A stretch of DNA of 64,000 nt, taken from Phoronis australis. Lineage: Eukaryota; Animalia; Phoronida. The stretch lies in NCBI GenBank assembly GCA_002633005.1, contig NMRA01000072.1, positions 857,957 to 921,956 of the forward strand, read 5' to 3'. Shown one piece after another: positions 25,133 through 39,138 of this stretch. Every line of letters begins with the position of its first letter. The stretch's first letter is position 1. The position numbers and the translations under genes are program-made. The notes below the pieces were generated by a model. It was not told the DNA's origin. It saw only the letters and a program-made list of their open reading frames with translations, and ran no database searches.

Positions 25133-25272
25133 CATAGGCGGCGCAGCACTGAACTAAGTGGGGAGGGCTATAGCCCCTCAGCCCCCTATTGGGTGTGCCG
25201 TGTCCATGGGCGGCAGAGCACTGAAATAAGTGAGAGGCTATAGCCCCCGCCCCCTATGGTGCGCTGCCCATG
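25133..25272. repeat. Two tandem ~70-bp GC-rich mini-elements with short TIRs
   Basis: CATGGGCGGC...gcactgaa.taagtg..aggctatagcccc...GCTGCCCATG, present twice. Confidence 0.6.
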
Positions 25273-25299
25273 TTGAATAAATAACTTCACGGTAAACAG

Positions 25300-27052
25300 A
25301 ACAAGAGCAATGCGGAGTGTTGAAATGTGCCCACGAATGCACTGCAAACAGTGTGCTTCTAGGGTGTTTTTTGTATCATAAAAATGGCTACTAGATAGTA
25401 CAAAATACTTCGAATCCATCAAAAAACTGGAAAATATCACCGTTTTTTAACAGAAACTATTTACCAATTTCATGAAAATCTGTCAAGAAACTAGCAAAAC
25501 GGAAAAAAATGAAATTGTCACTAGAGGACAAAGCATTCATCGGATCCGTCTGAAAGCTGTTGTCTTACGGTGTCAATGTCAAATAAAAAAAACTTGCTAA
25601 ATTTAATAAACATTTTGCAGAGGGCTTAGGAGATACAGCTAAGGGCGAAAAAATGCCACTAGGAGGCGTCACAGTAATTGAAGCCGGAAAATCCGATTGT
25701 CAACCGTCCTCTTCACATTAACAATACTTAAGCCAATTTTTACAATCATCCTATGAGTGGTTTGGTTGACAGAGGGCGGACGCCAAAAACAGAATAGAAA
25801 ACAGTAAAAATGGCCACTAGATGGAGCAAAATACATCGAATCCATCTGAAAACTGAAAAATGTCAAAGTTTCTTTAAAAAAAAGCTATTTAAAAAATTTC
25901 ATGAAAATTCGTTGAGGAACTTCAGAGAAAAAAAAGGAAAACAGAAAAAACAAGTAATGAAACTGTCACTAGGGGACAGTGTTAGTCGCACCCGTCTGAA
26001 AGTCGTCGTCTCCTGTTGTTAATTTCATATAAATACACGTGCTAAATTTAATAAAGATCCCGCAGAGGGCTTAGGAGATACAGGCACGCCTTGGCGCAAA
26101 ACAAAAACAAAACTGCCACTAGGATGTGCCATAGTAGTTGAAGTCATCAGAAAAACATTGACAATTGTTCTCTTTATAGTAAGAACATACATGCCAATTT
26201 TCACAATCATCCTTAGAGTGGTTTGGTTGATGGAGGGACAGATGCCAAAAAAACAGACTCAAAAACAGTAAAAATGGCCACTAGGTGGCGCAATATACCT
26301 CGAATCCATCCGAAAACAGGAGGCTAGCATCACCTCATTAATAGATGCCTATGTGCCAAATTTTATGGAAATCCATCGAGGACCGTAAAAGATACAGAGG
26401 TAAACGTAAAAAAAAAATTGCCATAAGGGGACACACCTATAGTCCGATATTTCCAAAAGTCATCGTCGTCTATTGTCAACTTCATATAAACACATTTGCT
26501 GCATTTTAAAGATCCTGTAGAGCGTTTAGGAGACACAGCCATGGGCGCAAAATCAAACAAAACTGCCACTAGGAGGTGCCACAGTAGTCGAAGTTGTCAG
26601 AAAATCATTGTCAAGCGTCCATTTCATAACAAGAACATACATTTTCGCGATCATCCTTAGAGTGGTTTGGTTGACAGAGGGGCGGACACCTAAAAACGGA
26701 CTCGAAAATACTACAAATGGCCACTAGATGGTGAAAAATACCTCCAATCAATCCGAAAATGAAAGGATAGCGTCATTTCATTAATAGATGCCTATGTGCC
26801 AAATTTCATGAAAATCGGTTGAGGACCTTTGAAGATACAGAGGCAAACATAAAAAACTAAAATTGCCACTAGAGGGCACAGCAGTATTCGGGTCGGTCCG
26901 AAACTCGTCGCCCTCTGTAGTCATCCCCATAGGAACACACCGGCCAAATTTCAATAAGATCCTGCAAGGGGTTTAGGAGAGACAGCCGCGGACGCTCGGA
27001 CGCCCTGACAAAGATGACGGCAATATGCACATATAAATATGTGAGTGCATGA
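25300..27052 (-). mobile_element. HINE/Helentron-like element, copy 2, with an expanded ~150-bp x 11 array (~450-bp trimer) of CTCF-like motifs
   Basis: Same ends as copy 1 (aacaagagcaatgc...gttgaaatgtgcccac and gatgacggca...cacatataaatatgtgagtgcat). Internal units recur at ~450-bp period. Confidence 0.8.
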
Positions 27053-28464
27053 AAACGACATTGTTAAAATACTAAGTACATGGAAAATGTAAAATCCAAA
27101 CCAAAAAGGAAGTCTAATTATGCGCAACAACGGAAATTTAATAACGTATAATGTTAGTGACCTTACTGGTTGTGCTCCAGTTGTCTGTATCAAAGGTGTT
27201 TTAATACAACTCGTACGAAATATGGCAATAGCCACTTACAATGGTCCCGTATTCTGAGAACCAGTTTGATGCCCCTTATAAGTCAATGAAAAAGCAAAGC
27301 AACCAGCGACTATCTTGGGATAATTTAATTGTAATTTAGTGGAAACGAAGATCAAACTTAATTTATCTTAGTGTTTATCCAAAAGTGATAAAGTTCAGCA
27401 GCGTGTAACACAAATCATATTAATTTTCATAGATAACCATTTTCTGCCTTTGATGTCTTGGCAAACAAGTTTTCATTTCAAGTGGAAACAGAAGTAATAA
27501 AGCAGATCTCTCACTTTGATTGCTTATATGTGGTTGTGAACTTGACATCCCGCTCATTTGTTCAGAACATTGACAGAATTCAACAGCTTTATGTCTGCTG
27601 CTGGATGAATATCAAGCAGACTGCTATTGCATTCTAATTTCTGGGCCCAGCAAGAGGATAAACTACGAATCCATGAGGGGAAAGGTAAAAAATCCACCAA
27701 AAGATGGCAGAAAAAATAATGAAATACGTTGAGCTTGTATCTTTCAAAGTACAAGGCAACTGGCCTTCAGAAACATCGAGGATTGTTTTGCGCTGGCTAA
27801 AATGCTATCACCTTCGCTAGAAGTAAAAACGCTAGTCATGTGAATGGTTGCTAGCGCTCTTCTGGCACTTTGAGTAACCTCATAACTGCTAACGTTTTAA
27901 TGAGCACTACCCTCTGACACAGCGCCACCTATACTGAAAAGTGGACCTGTGGAAACATGATGAACGACACAAGGAATTCTGTGTGTAGGCATCAATGCGC
28001 ATGCTTGGTTGGAAGTTTATCAATCAAATCGCCACTACTTGCACACGCCTTCTATGCACTGTACATGTTTGGGCTTAGCCATGGCATTGGGATTCCCTCG
28101 ATTTTGTTTACTTCGATAACTGCCTGTTTTAATAACTATTCAAGTCAAAGGTGGTCACCATATTACATAACAGTAAGCCGAAAGGGGTTTCCCAGATTTC
28201 AACCAATGAGAATGACTGAATATTATGACGTCAGTTTCAATAATTTTAACCAATGAGAAGCCATGATAAACAACATTCCACAGTGCCACCTTTCGTAGCA
28301 CCGTGAAAGAGTGTAAATGAGCACTTGATCAAAGGACACACAAGCAGGCTGGGACAATAGGTTTTGGTTTACCGTTGCATTAATAAATTTATGTTAAAGA
28401 GTGAATATGTTGTGGCCAGCTTGCCTGCCTGGCTACAACACTAGCGTTTTCACAAGCATTGTAA

Positions 28465-29021
28465 GCCGCATTTACACAGGAAACGATAGTCACAGGGCAA
28501 CTAACATGGAACAGCTGATCGGCTGACACGGGGCAAGTTGACACTGCGGCGGCCATTTTTGACACTCAATCAGATGCTCCAGTTTCAACTACACGTCTAA
28601 AAACAACTGGGACAGGACGGAAAGGGATCTTTGTTCAATGCACTTGCGCAGTAGCGTATATACAGGTGATCTGCTGGCATTCCATGTGGTTTGGATGTTC
28701 GCTGTTCTTTATGCGAGCATGCGCAGACAGTCTTCATGTACGTGAGTCATGCTGATCCAGTTTGCGATCTAATGTCATGTATACGCGCTATTGCGTAAAT
28801 GCATTGAAAGATATCTTTCTCCTTGTCCCAGTTGTGTTAGGATGTGTAATTGAAACTGCAACTAATTGAGTGCAACTCGCTCTACCTCTCAAACTAGTGT
28901 CAAAAATGGCTGCCGCAGTGTCAATTTGCTCCGTGCCAGTCATGTTTACAGGCACAATTGGACCCAATCATCTGTTCCATTTTAGCTGCTCCGTGACAGC
29001 TGTCTCTCGTGTAAATGCAAC
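28465..29021. mobile_element. Foldback PIF/Harbinger-type MITE
   Basis: TAA-GCCGCATTTACAC ... GTGTAAATGCAAC-TTA. The arms are complementary over ~200 bp, e.g. ttgacactgcggcggccatttttgacac / gtgtcaaaaatggctgccgcagtgtcaa. Confidence 0.8.
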
Positions 29022-29074
29022 TTAGGACTCTCATTTCGGTAAAAGGGTAAAACCTAACAGAGGTCTCACAACCT

Positions 29075-29134
29075 GAGAACCAGTTCTCTTCACTAAATAA
29101 CAAGCATCAAACTGCTTCTCAAAATTCGGGACCC
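29075..29134. repeat. Short dispersed hairpin repeat (gagaaccagtttgatgc...aactggttctc); other copies at ~5766-5816, ~17265-17320 and ~27243-27275
   Basis: Shared sequence in both orientations with an internal inverted repeat. Confidence 0.6.
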
Positions 29135-32046
29135 CTATCAGTAACCATATTGCCCTTACTGTTCAGCACTGATGAGTCTCAAATAAAAAATATATATATT
29201 CAAAAAAAGTGTTTGGTATTTTTAATGAAAGTCACTCATTAGAATGATCTTGATAGTACGATTTAGATTATAGTCAAATCGTCATCAGTGTTTGCTGAGA
29301 TAAGGAACAATTTCGGACAGAGGGTAGACACCTTCTAGTCAGCATCAGAGACAGTGAATAAATAAACAACATGCCACCAACTTGGTGGTGGATGATATGA
29401 AATTTTAATATTACCCTCAGAGCATTTTAGTTGTTTTTGTAGTAGTGCATTTTGGCAAATCAAATGTCTGACAAGGAGTCTGAGCTTAATTGCCAGAAAT
29501 CATTTTCAAAAGCAACAAAAATAAACAACCATTATCAGAATCAATTTTCTTTCAAGATTGATTTCACCAGAAAGCAACTAGCTTCAAGGAATCTAATTCA
29601 CTTTCTGAGTGAACACAGTCCAAAAAGAATTCCAGAGTGTATATGATTACATTCAAGCAAAAATAATTGACTTGAAAGATTCCAGCAATTGGCCGCCACA
29701 GGAATTTTTATTTTCTAAATTATTAGCTATAACAGGCGTGACACATGGTTTATAAATTGAACGACTAATCAGAGGTGTCAGAGCCAGATACGAAAACAAC
29801 TTGAAAAATAATTTGTAATATCTATAAATAAGTTAAAATTACATCAAATGTACATTATGTGAAAAGCACGTGAACTTTTGTTGAGCAAAAATAGAGTAAA
29901 CATGATTCATTGCACATTTCAATGTTTAGTGGTACAGAAGTCATAAGATACTGTGCGCTGAGTAATAAAGGAATGGAAATGAAGAGACCATAAGATTAGG
30001 AAATTTAGATAAAAGTTGTCGAAATCTATAAAATGTCTATACACAATTTTTTTTAAACTAGTACTACAGAATGAAAGTATCATAGTAGAGCAGTAACATA
30101 TGGGAGAGGTAAGAAAACCGCAATGGTTCCTCAAATTAAAATACTTTTCAAATACTCAATTGCTTAGCAAAAAACTTAATTTATTTCATTTGCAATAAAC
30201 AACGCCTGGAGTTGTTTATGCTAACACTATATTGTTACAACTTTTCAACACTTTGAATTTTGCCAACATTGTGTTGCTGTATGGCATGGATGTACCAAAT
30301 TTTAGAACCTCTTGGCCGTTGTTGGCATTTGGAGCATTTTCCATCCTCTACAATTTCTGGGTTAATAACCATCTTAATGCATATCAAAAAATTTAACATG
30401 ACTTAGCATCTGACCTGGTCTATGAAAGGCATATTTGAACATATGTAACAGGAGCATCGACCACGCAGTAAACCAGTCAGGTGGCCTGAATATTAAACTG
30501 ATCTGTAATATGCTAAAGTAATCACACATGAAAATGAAGAGTATTTGTGGCCGCTTGCGAAATAATCGCGGTGTTTTATGGCAATTTAATTATAAATGTC
30601 GATATGAGTTACAGGACAAAATTAGGAACCAAGACAGAAAGTCTAGCGGGAACAGAAATTCATTTCAAAACAGACGTAAAACTCATTAACATGAATTTTA
30701 GTACCTGCTTAAATGGAACACTGGTAGTATCACGTACCCAAAACAGACTAAATTATAATCATCTAGTCTGCTCAGATAAGACAAGCTGTTAGTCCAAATA
30801 TTCAATTTCTTTTTAAACAATTGTAACTGTGTCATTCTCAATGTGTTAGGTAACCAAACTACTATGCTGTCATTAAAGCAAGACCGATGATGATCAAAAA
30901 CTGATTTCTGAAGATAATAAAATAGTCAAGAGAACAGCGAAGAACTTTTTGCCTGTAACATTCTTGTCAATAAAAAAGAGAAGATGGAAGCACCTTTAAC
31001 TAAACTATCGCCATAGTGTGAGGCCAGTGGCAAGAGATTTTTAATTTCATTAGATTCTCAGTGTTTTGCATTTAGAATTGTCGTCTGCACTGAAATGCCT
31101 TTTCATTGATCTAGCAACAATCTGAACACATGAAAATTCTAGTGAAAAAAGATTTTGAGGAAAGGACCAATTCTATTTTTTTTCCAAAAAGTTCTACTAT
31201 TGGATGATGGAGTTTTTATTAGATCACAATAAGGCAGGTGGACCAACAATCTTAAACTGGCTAAAATGTGTTCCGTCCAAAAATGAAATTTTGATTTTGA
31301 GCGCTAAACCGCTGAAAATGGTTTCAACTTATTGCTTACTCAGATGAGAGGTGATATCTATATTTGCAAAGAATTGACAGTTAGTTATTTATTGACAAAA
31401 TGACATGTGACAAAATAACTTGATCTCAAGAATGAGTAGTCAGTTTGTTCCAAGCCCTGAATCACCTCCAACTTGACTTAAGAACGATTTGACATCAATT
31501 TCATAACAGTAAGTGGTTTGAATCAAAAGGTGGTTTTTGTGATGGAAGGCAGGTTTACCAACAGCTTTAAATTTACCGACTTAAAATCATGCCAACAACA
31601 CACCTGAATTGACACTTAAGCAAAAAGTTCTTTTTGAATGTCAAAACTTCTCTGAGCCTAGATAGACATCCTTGTTTATGTGTAGTTCACCCTGCATAAG
31701 GACGTTTATGTTCATTTTGTCCTTTTGTTCCTTCAATTGGTTTTCTGTGACTGTTGACAAGGCTTCGGAATCTAGTTTGTTGGGAGTTTTGAATTTTACA
31801 AAAATTTTAACAATACTGTGTGTGCATCAGCGCAACAACCTTGGCCACATCGCTATCAATGTTAGCTCAAGGATATATGCAACATGAGCGAACTGGTCCT
31901 TGACATCTCTGTAGAAGTGAGAAATCTACGCAGTCAGCTCATGTGATTTAGACAATTTGCAAATTCCTTTAGATGAAAATCTATGAATACAAGAAGAAAC
32001 GTGCTCTTTGAAGTTAATACTTGAAAATAATGGTATGAGACATTAC

Positions 32047-32778
32047 CTTTTTCTGATTCGCTGCTTAGCAGTGGGGTCAAAGGTGAAGCACAGGAAGTGA
32101 TGATTTTCTCGGCCTCCTTACGGAGAAGCTCGAAAGACGATTGAGAGGTGGCTGGCAATGGTGGAGAATTCACACCAAGATCAGCAGAATTGGTTGTAGA
32201 AGCGACTCCTCCACTGGAAGGTAGATGGAGAATAGAGGGGATGGCAGACGACATGGCAGATGATGACTCACTTCCTGTGAGTTGAGACTGCAGCTGCTGT
32301 ATTAATTGAAGCTGTATCAACTGCTGCTGCTGAAGCGAGAATAACGTTGAATGAAGCACGGCCAAGTCCGCAGTTGGAAGGTTGTTCTCAGCAAACTGTT
32401 GAACAGCTGCCTTGGTGGTTAGCAGAGGCTCAAGGAACACATTGGAGTTCATGTTGTTGCTAGGTGTCGCCACTGATGTGCTGGGAGTTAAGAGTTCGTT
32501 GACTGTATCTTCGGCACAACTGGTGTCATTACCAGTCCCTTTACTTTCTAAATGTACTGATCTGTCACTATTCTCAGCATCAGTGTGCAAAGCTTCTAAC
32601 TGGCTGTCGCCACTTTGGAGTTCATCATCTGATTGGTCGTGGTCATCAAACAAGACCAGTCGCTGTCTACAGCATGTTTTCTTATGACTCAAGAAATGTG
32701 GAAGAGCGTCGAATTCAGCGCGACACTTTCCACAAACATGAGCATCGTCAGAAGTCGTGGGAGAATCGAGCTGTGTAC
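32047..32778 (-). CDS. sall: spalt/SALL exon with the N-terminal C2HC finger and glutamine-rich dimerisation domain
   Basis: Acceptor tttttcccacag (AG at 32780-32779), donor G|gtaatg at 32046, 732 nt, phase 1/1. Contains HVCGKCRAEF...FLSHKKTC, NSNVFLEPLLTTKAAVQQF and LFSLQQQQLIQLQLIQQLQSQL. Confidence 0.93.
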
Positions 32779-35700
32779 CTGTGGGAAAAAAGACAATGTA
32801 TGAGAATACAGTAGAGCATTTAGACAACAAATAACATCACTGAATGCCCACTGGGAGTTGTCCCTGTCTGGTAATATTGAGGTTTGGACCATGTCACATC
32901 AAAGGCGTATAAACATAGCATGTCATGAGATGAGTTATGGAAATCAACAGTGTTTTATGTCATCTTGGACAAACGCAGCCAGCAAAAATAGAGACAGAGA
33001 GAAAGAAAACAATCATCAGCCAATATTGACATATTGTGTATCAGACTCTTAACTAATTAATACAGTGAAAAATCGACTTCGAAGTGAAGAAGGGTACATG
33101 TACTGATGCTGTTTTGTTTTTTGGATTATTTTATTATTCTTTGTTATATTAGCTAGATTACTTTAAAATTAAAGCATCTAAACATTCATGCTTATTGAGA
33201 ACACAAGTCAACTTTTTTAATTGGATAATGTTGTAAACAGAATGAATTATTTAATGGGCAAGGGGTAATTTGTTGATTAAACACTGTACATATTGGCTAC
33301 TTTCTTCACAGCAGTGGTTGACTGATAACTAACTCTTTATGACAGCTTGCCGAGAAGCACGAGCTAGTTAGAAAAAACACGGAAGATCAACAAAAACTGG
33401 GGTGGGAAATTCACCTAGCAGACACTCCCACAGACTTGCATGTTTTGTCTAAGAAACGTGTCTACAACAGAGCAGGTCGCATAACGTCGAGGTTTACAAA
33501 CAACATATTTCCCGCTAAGTTATATAAATATGACGCTAATTTTTCACATGGAGTGCCAGCAGCGGTGATTACCTGAAGTAAATTGGGCTTGTTGGACTAT
33601 GCAAAAACTGTCACAAGCTAATCTGGTTGTTCAATGCCAACTAATGACACCCTGTTTTGATATTACACTTTCAATTTACGCAAATTTCTCTGTCAGTCCT
33701 ACTTGGTTAGTTATTACAACCACATCACCTAAATTGGTTGTTAGTCGCACTAATGTCGATGACATAGCTAGGACGTTTTACCTTGTTTCTCGCTTGCTGA
33801 ACTCGAGAAATCTGTCCTAACCAATTAGTCGATTATAGAAAAAAGAGAGAGTTTCTTCGGCAGAGGTAATTCTACAGAAGTACATGCCCCAAACAAAATT
33901 TATTAGAGACGACATTTCAACACTACTTTTTCATTTTGAACTATGTGGAGCTCAACCAAAGTACCGTAATCAACCTAACAGATAAGAAATATAAGCAGGA
34001 AATGAATAAGATGCATGGTAAAATTTTAATGGAGCATAGTTGTGGTTTTGTTGATACAGTTGGATATTTTTTTAAGTCTAATTATTAAGAGAGCATGAAA
34101 TGAAAATTAAGCTCAGAATAATTCGTAGTCACAAGTTACGATATCATATTACACTGACACTGGCAGACTGGGAAAACTCTGGTCTCAAGCTGTGAGTGCT
34201 AATATAATATTGAAATATAAGTATATGCATAAATACCACTAAAATTCAAAACAGCCAGAAAATGTTATGAAAACACCATGTAGCACTCAAAAAGTCTGAC
34301 ACCAAGGACGGAGGCAGAAGGGGTGCTTATATCAGACTTTATAATGGAATTTCTAAGTAAACTTTTGCTTCATCATAATAGTAAAAAATGTATTTTCAAA
34401 ATGAATACCTGTCATTTTTTAGGAATATGTAGATATAACCTGTCACAAAGGCAGTATTTACAGAATTATTATTACTGATTACATTTAATCACATTTTATC
34501 CCGGATAATTTCATCAATTACTTGACGTCAATGCGAATAGAAAAAACTTCAATTCTATTGTTAGACAATGATCTACCACTGTAACATAGCTATTTGTGCA
34601 GTGCCCAGAGAACTATTGATTGAAGTATCTTTTATGAAGCCACCTGACAGGCTAGTCCTATGATTATTAGGAGTGACACTGTCAACAACACAATCGTTTT
34701 TTGAAAACCTAAAGAAATTTTACCTAGCACAGCTACAATCCACACAAAACCATGCTTGTATACATATGACTGACTATTGACAGAGTCAAAAATTTTGTTT
34801 GAACTCGATTGTTACAGACAGTGTAAACAGATAGTATTACAGTGGTGTCAAAAATACGGCAGGTGTTGAAGTTAGACACAGGGAAACCTTGGTCTTAATG
34901 GTTATTAAGGAGACCTCAAAATTCATTTCGAATGGTGTATACTAATTAAAATTCCTCACATTTTCAAAAATGCCAAATTTTGTTTTCTTTAACATCCCAT
35001 TATAGCAACTTGAGAAACGGCAGTAGGATCTGGTTACCACGGAAACCACTGGTAAAACTTTGCAAAAGTCAAAATGATTAGACAAGTTCCAAACGCATTA
35101 GTAAAAAGAATGAGGGTGGTCTGTTTTGTTTTGAATTCTATTTGATTATGTTTTAAGCATTTTTGGTACTACTGGTAGACATAGGCACACATGACATCTC
35201 ACTACATTTAAACAATCAAAACAAAATGACTCACTGGTCTTGAAATCAGCCAGAAGTATTGCTATTAAACAGTACATTAGTCTCCATTATGAGCAGCAAA
35301 AGATGTGCTCCGAGTAAGTTGAGATCATTTTGGCAATCAATGTCCAATGATGTGTTTAAAGAACTCCAGTGAAACAGGAAACAACCTTACACATATTTCA
35401 TTACAATAAATTGTTTTAACATTCACATTCAGATTGAGCTGGCGAAGAATTCCACCATTGCAAATCATAAAAAATAAACCAGGATTCGCTAAGAAATACA
35501 CTCCACTGGTGTAAAAATTCCACAAACTGCCACATTCTGCACTGTTTTAAAAATTTGATACCTTTAAGTTAAATGTTTAAGTGAAAAGGTGATGCACAAA
35601 ACTGCAAATGTCTAGAGTGTCAATTAAATCTAAGTTTTCATTTAATCCGGTTACATATGAAAGTGCGTTCCATAGCTACAAAAATAAATAAGAATGGCCT

Positions 35701-38700
35701 TTCAAATGAAAATAATTTTGGCATTTCAAGGAAAATGCTACCCAGAATACGTAAACAGGTTCTAAAAACTGCTTGCGGTTTCATAAGGAAGTTTATAAAC
35801 TAGCAAACTTTAAAATGTCAAAAGAGGCAATCATAAATTAAGTTTTCCATTAAGTGCAAAACTATTTCTTTTTGTAACCATTAGTTATGCCAAATGTATT
35901 GACCTTGCTGTGTATAACATACTCATAACTGACTTGGCAAAAGGACAAGAGTTGTTTTGCAGGTACTTTTTATTCATTGCCAAATCTAGTATTTTGAGAG
36001 GTGGGGCAACCACAACATGATGAGAATGAATGGACATGGGCATTTTGAATTATCTGGATGGGATACCCCTTAACCAAACTGCTATTTGTATATGATTGCG
36101 AGCATTAGGAATTTTAATTCTATTTTTTATCACAAGTGACCCTGACTCCGTTGCATATTTTGTACAAAGCATTTTAGCAAAATCATGGAACACAGGGATT
36201 CATCAGTTCTTTTTGGTTGCTAGACCCCGAGTTTGGCGAATCTGACAGCAAAAATGGCAACAAACCTGCTTTCCACCACAAAAATCGAACGTTGATTTAG
36301 ATCACGAACTGTTCTTTTGTCAAATTTGAGGTAATTTCAAGGCTTCGAAAAAACGGACAGCTTGTCAATGCTTGAGGTGAGCTCTATAAGTTGGCTCGTC
36401 ATTTCGGAGGTCTCAAGGAATCACAAACCAACAGGTCTTTGCAAACCCAGAAATCAAAAAAGGGAACAAGTCGAGACCACTTTTACGAGGAAAATGGCCT
36501 AAATAAAGTTCGCTTTAAAATTCAAAAACATTTTTTTGCATCTTGTACACTGAAACAATCATGATTATTGATCCCGATACAAAAGTCCCTAAAGTTGCGT
36601 GTCCTTGCATTGTCTAACTGTAATTGTGGAAAATTTTAAGCGAAATCACAAGAAAAGTCAAGAACACTGGCAGTGACCATGGCCAAAACATGTTTTTGGA
36701 AACAATTCAAAACTTCGTGAAAACTAGTGAATTCCAAACAATTCAAAACTACCCAAATATACTAAGGACTCAACAACTTATCGACAAGTATGTATATTTA
36801 CCAATAATTTGATAAACTATAAATTTAACTCTGAAAAGTACACATTTCATTTTCTGACAGTGGAAAGCCTAGAAAATTTGATTTTAGACTTTATGCTACT
36901 TTCTACTAAATTGTTTCACCTGACAATGTCTTTTTAATAAAATTAAACAAAACAGAAAACGATATTCGTACCAAAGCAACAGTATCAATAACATGATCAA
37001 ATTTCTTTTGATAATTTTTAAAACCATCGTTTTGTTTAATACAACTTATTGAGTTTTTTTTAAAAAATTCCTAAAAGTTTCACTTTTGTTTTCCATTCAA
37101 GAAGACAATTCCTAATAACGTTTTGGAGAACAGGCACAGTATCTTAAAAGTTTCACTTGAATGTGATCAGATATCTCTGAGGTACAAATTTGGACATTTT
37201 TCTAGGGTCTTATGGGATATGGTAAAATATGGTAAAATCTCACTAATTATTTACAAAAATAATTTCCAAATTTGTTGTTTTCTTCATATTTCAAAGGCTT
37301 CTAACAGTGTTGTGAATTGCCAGTTTTTTAAAACATTGTCCAACGACAGTTTTGGTATAAAACTTAAGACTGATCAAGCCTTTATTTTGCACTATTTTTC
37401 TTTAATGAAAAAATGAATACATAAAATTTTACGTGTACGCCATATACCTTAGTGGCCTCAGTGGGTGAGAGTTTACCCTACTCTGTTACCATCATGGCAT
37501 AGCAAGTAGTGCCATACAGATGCAGAGGGGGTCCAGGGTAGAGGTGGTTTATCCAGCATTTCAAAACTAGGGTGTACAAAATGGGTTGCCCAATTTCAAA
37601 GGGAATCCACAACCAATGAGTGTAACTCCCATTTCTATGAGCCCAACTTAAATTGCTGATATAGCGGAGCACGTTACTGTGGAGACATGGGTCTGCAATA
37701 AAGTTTATCGTATCATACAACTTTTTTTATTCTGGACTAGCCAATGAGCTCCCAGAGCTGCTGTTAGTAAGTTAAATGAGACACCGATGTTCACTGGCTT
37801 ACATTCTTAGGGCATCAAAATGCTGAACAGCGTCTTAATTCTTGTTACGAACACGACTCGGTGTGAGAACTATGGCAAAAATTCTCCATTTTAGGATATT
37901 GGAATTTTAATTATTTTGCTCAAGGTTTGAAGAATTTGTACCAAATTTTAGAAATAGGCAATATTAGCTGTCCTAAATTCAAGAATTATAATCAACGACA
38001 AATAATTATTCAACTCATGTTACACACTTTGGGAACGCAAGAAAGCGCTGCCTCAAAAAGTGGCTAATTTCAAGGATTTTATGAACTACCAAGTCCAGAC
38101 TCAGGTGTTACGACAGGCAGTGTCCCAACATTTGAAATATGAACGCCAAAAATCCCCGTGTCCCAATTTTCAGAATCAAGAAAAGACAATTTTACTATGA
38201 ATTTCCATTTTCCAAATTCTAGAGACTGTTCCAATACCCTAGTCCAATAAAGAAATAGTTTACAACTTGCTTCCAAGGAAAGGACATTTTGTTGTGGGGT
38301 TTTCTAGTGAATGGTAGAACAGAGGTGAATTATAGGTGAACGGGTACCATGTGTGTGGGCTAACCCAGTTTTAAATGATTAATGTCCAAATATGACATGT
38401 TTATAATAAGTTACAGACATTGCAACGTTTTGGATCATTAAAAAACATTAGCAAACTTACAACACCCCAGACACTCTGGGATCACGTTGACATTTTATGT
38501 TCAAATGGGCTTAAAATGTGATTGTAAGCAAACTGAGTATAAGGAGTACCAATTTCCATTATCTTTGGAATAAGACCTATGATTTATGGATGAATTTTAC
38601 CCCCTGTTCATTTGTTCTGAAAGAACTGGAATTCACTGCTTTGTCTACTCAAGTTACACATACTAGCTGATTGAAGCGCACCACTTTAGTCTCATCTGGA

Positions 38701-39138
38701 GCCAAGAACGCAATGTATATCCTCTAGAAGAGGATACTTGAGCCAGGTTTTATAATTCAAAAATCAACATTTAAGGTACATACACCAGCTTAAAGCTTCA
38801 AGTGTTTCGTTAAATATTTCAAGATGACGTGTGTTGAAGTAAGTATTCTACAACTGACCAGTGACATATTTTAAGTGCAAAATCGGGAATAAACCTAAAT
38901 TTTCGCAACATATTTGAAGACAACTGCTGCAAATAATGTTGCCACGATACCAACAAAGAAATGACATAATACAGAGTTCTCCAACACGATTTCAAGCTCA
39001 TGACTCTTAAAGCCCTTTCTCATTCAGTTAACTCCGCTACTATCAAAGCTTCAATTTTAACAGTGGTTTACCGTTCCCATCAGTTTTAGAGTTATTCAGA
39101 CAACTACTTCAGCAGAGTTACCACAAGGTGGCAGAGTA

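Noticed and set aside
25300-27052. Regularly spaced motif array as a CRISPR-like locus
   Set aside because: The intervening sequences are homologous to each other rather than unique spacers, there are no cas genes, and the context is eukaryotic.
27920-27938. Minus-strand CTCF-like half site (TATAGGTGGCGCTG)
   Set aside because: The 5' half lacks the CCAC/CCAG core, so it is too weak to call.
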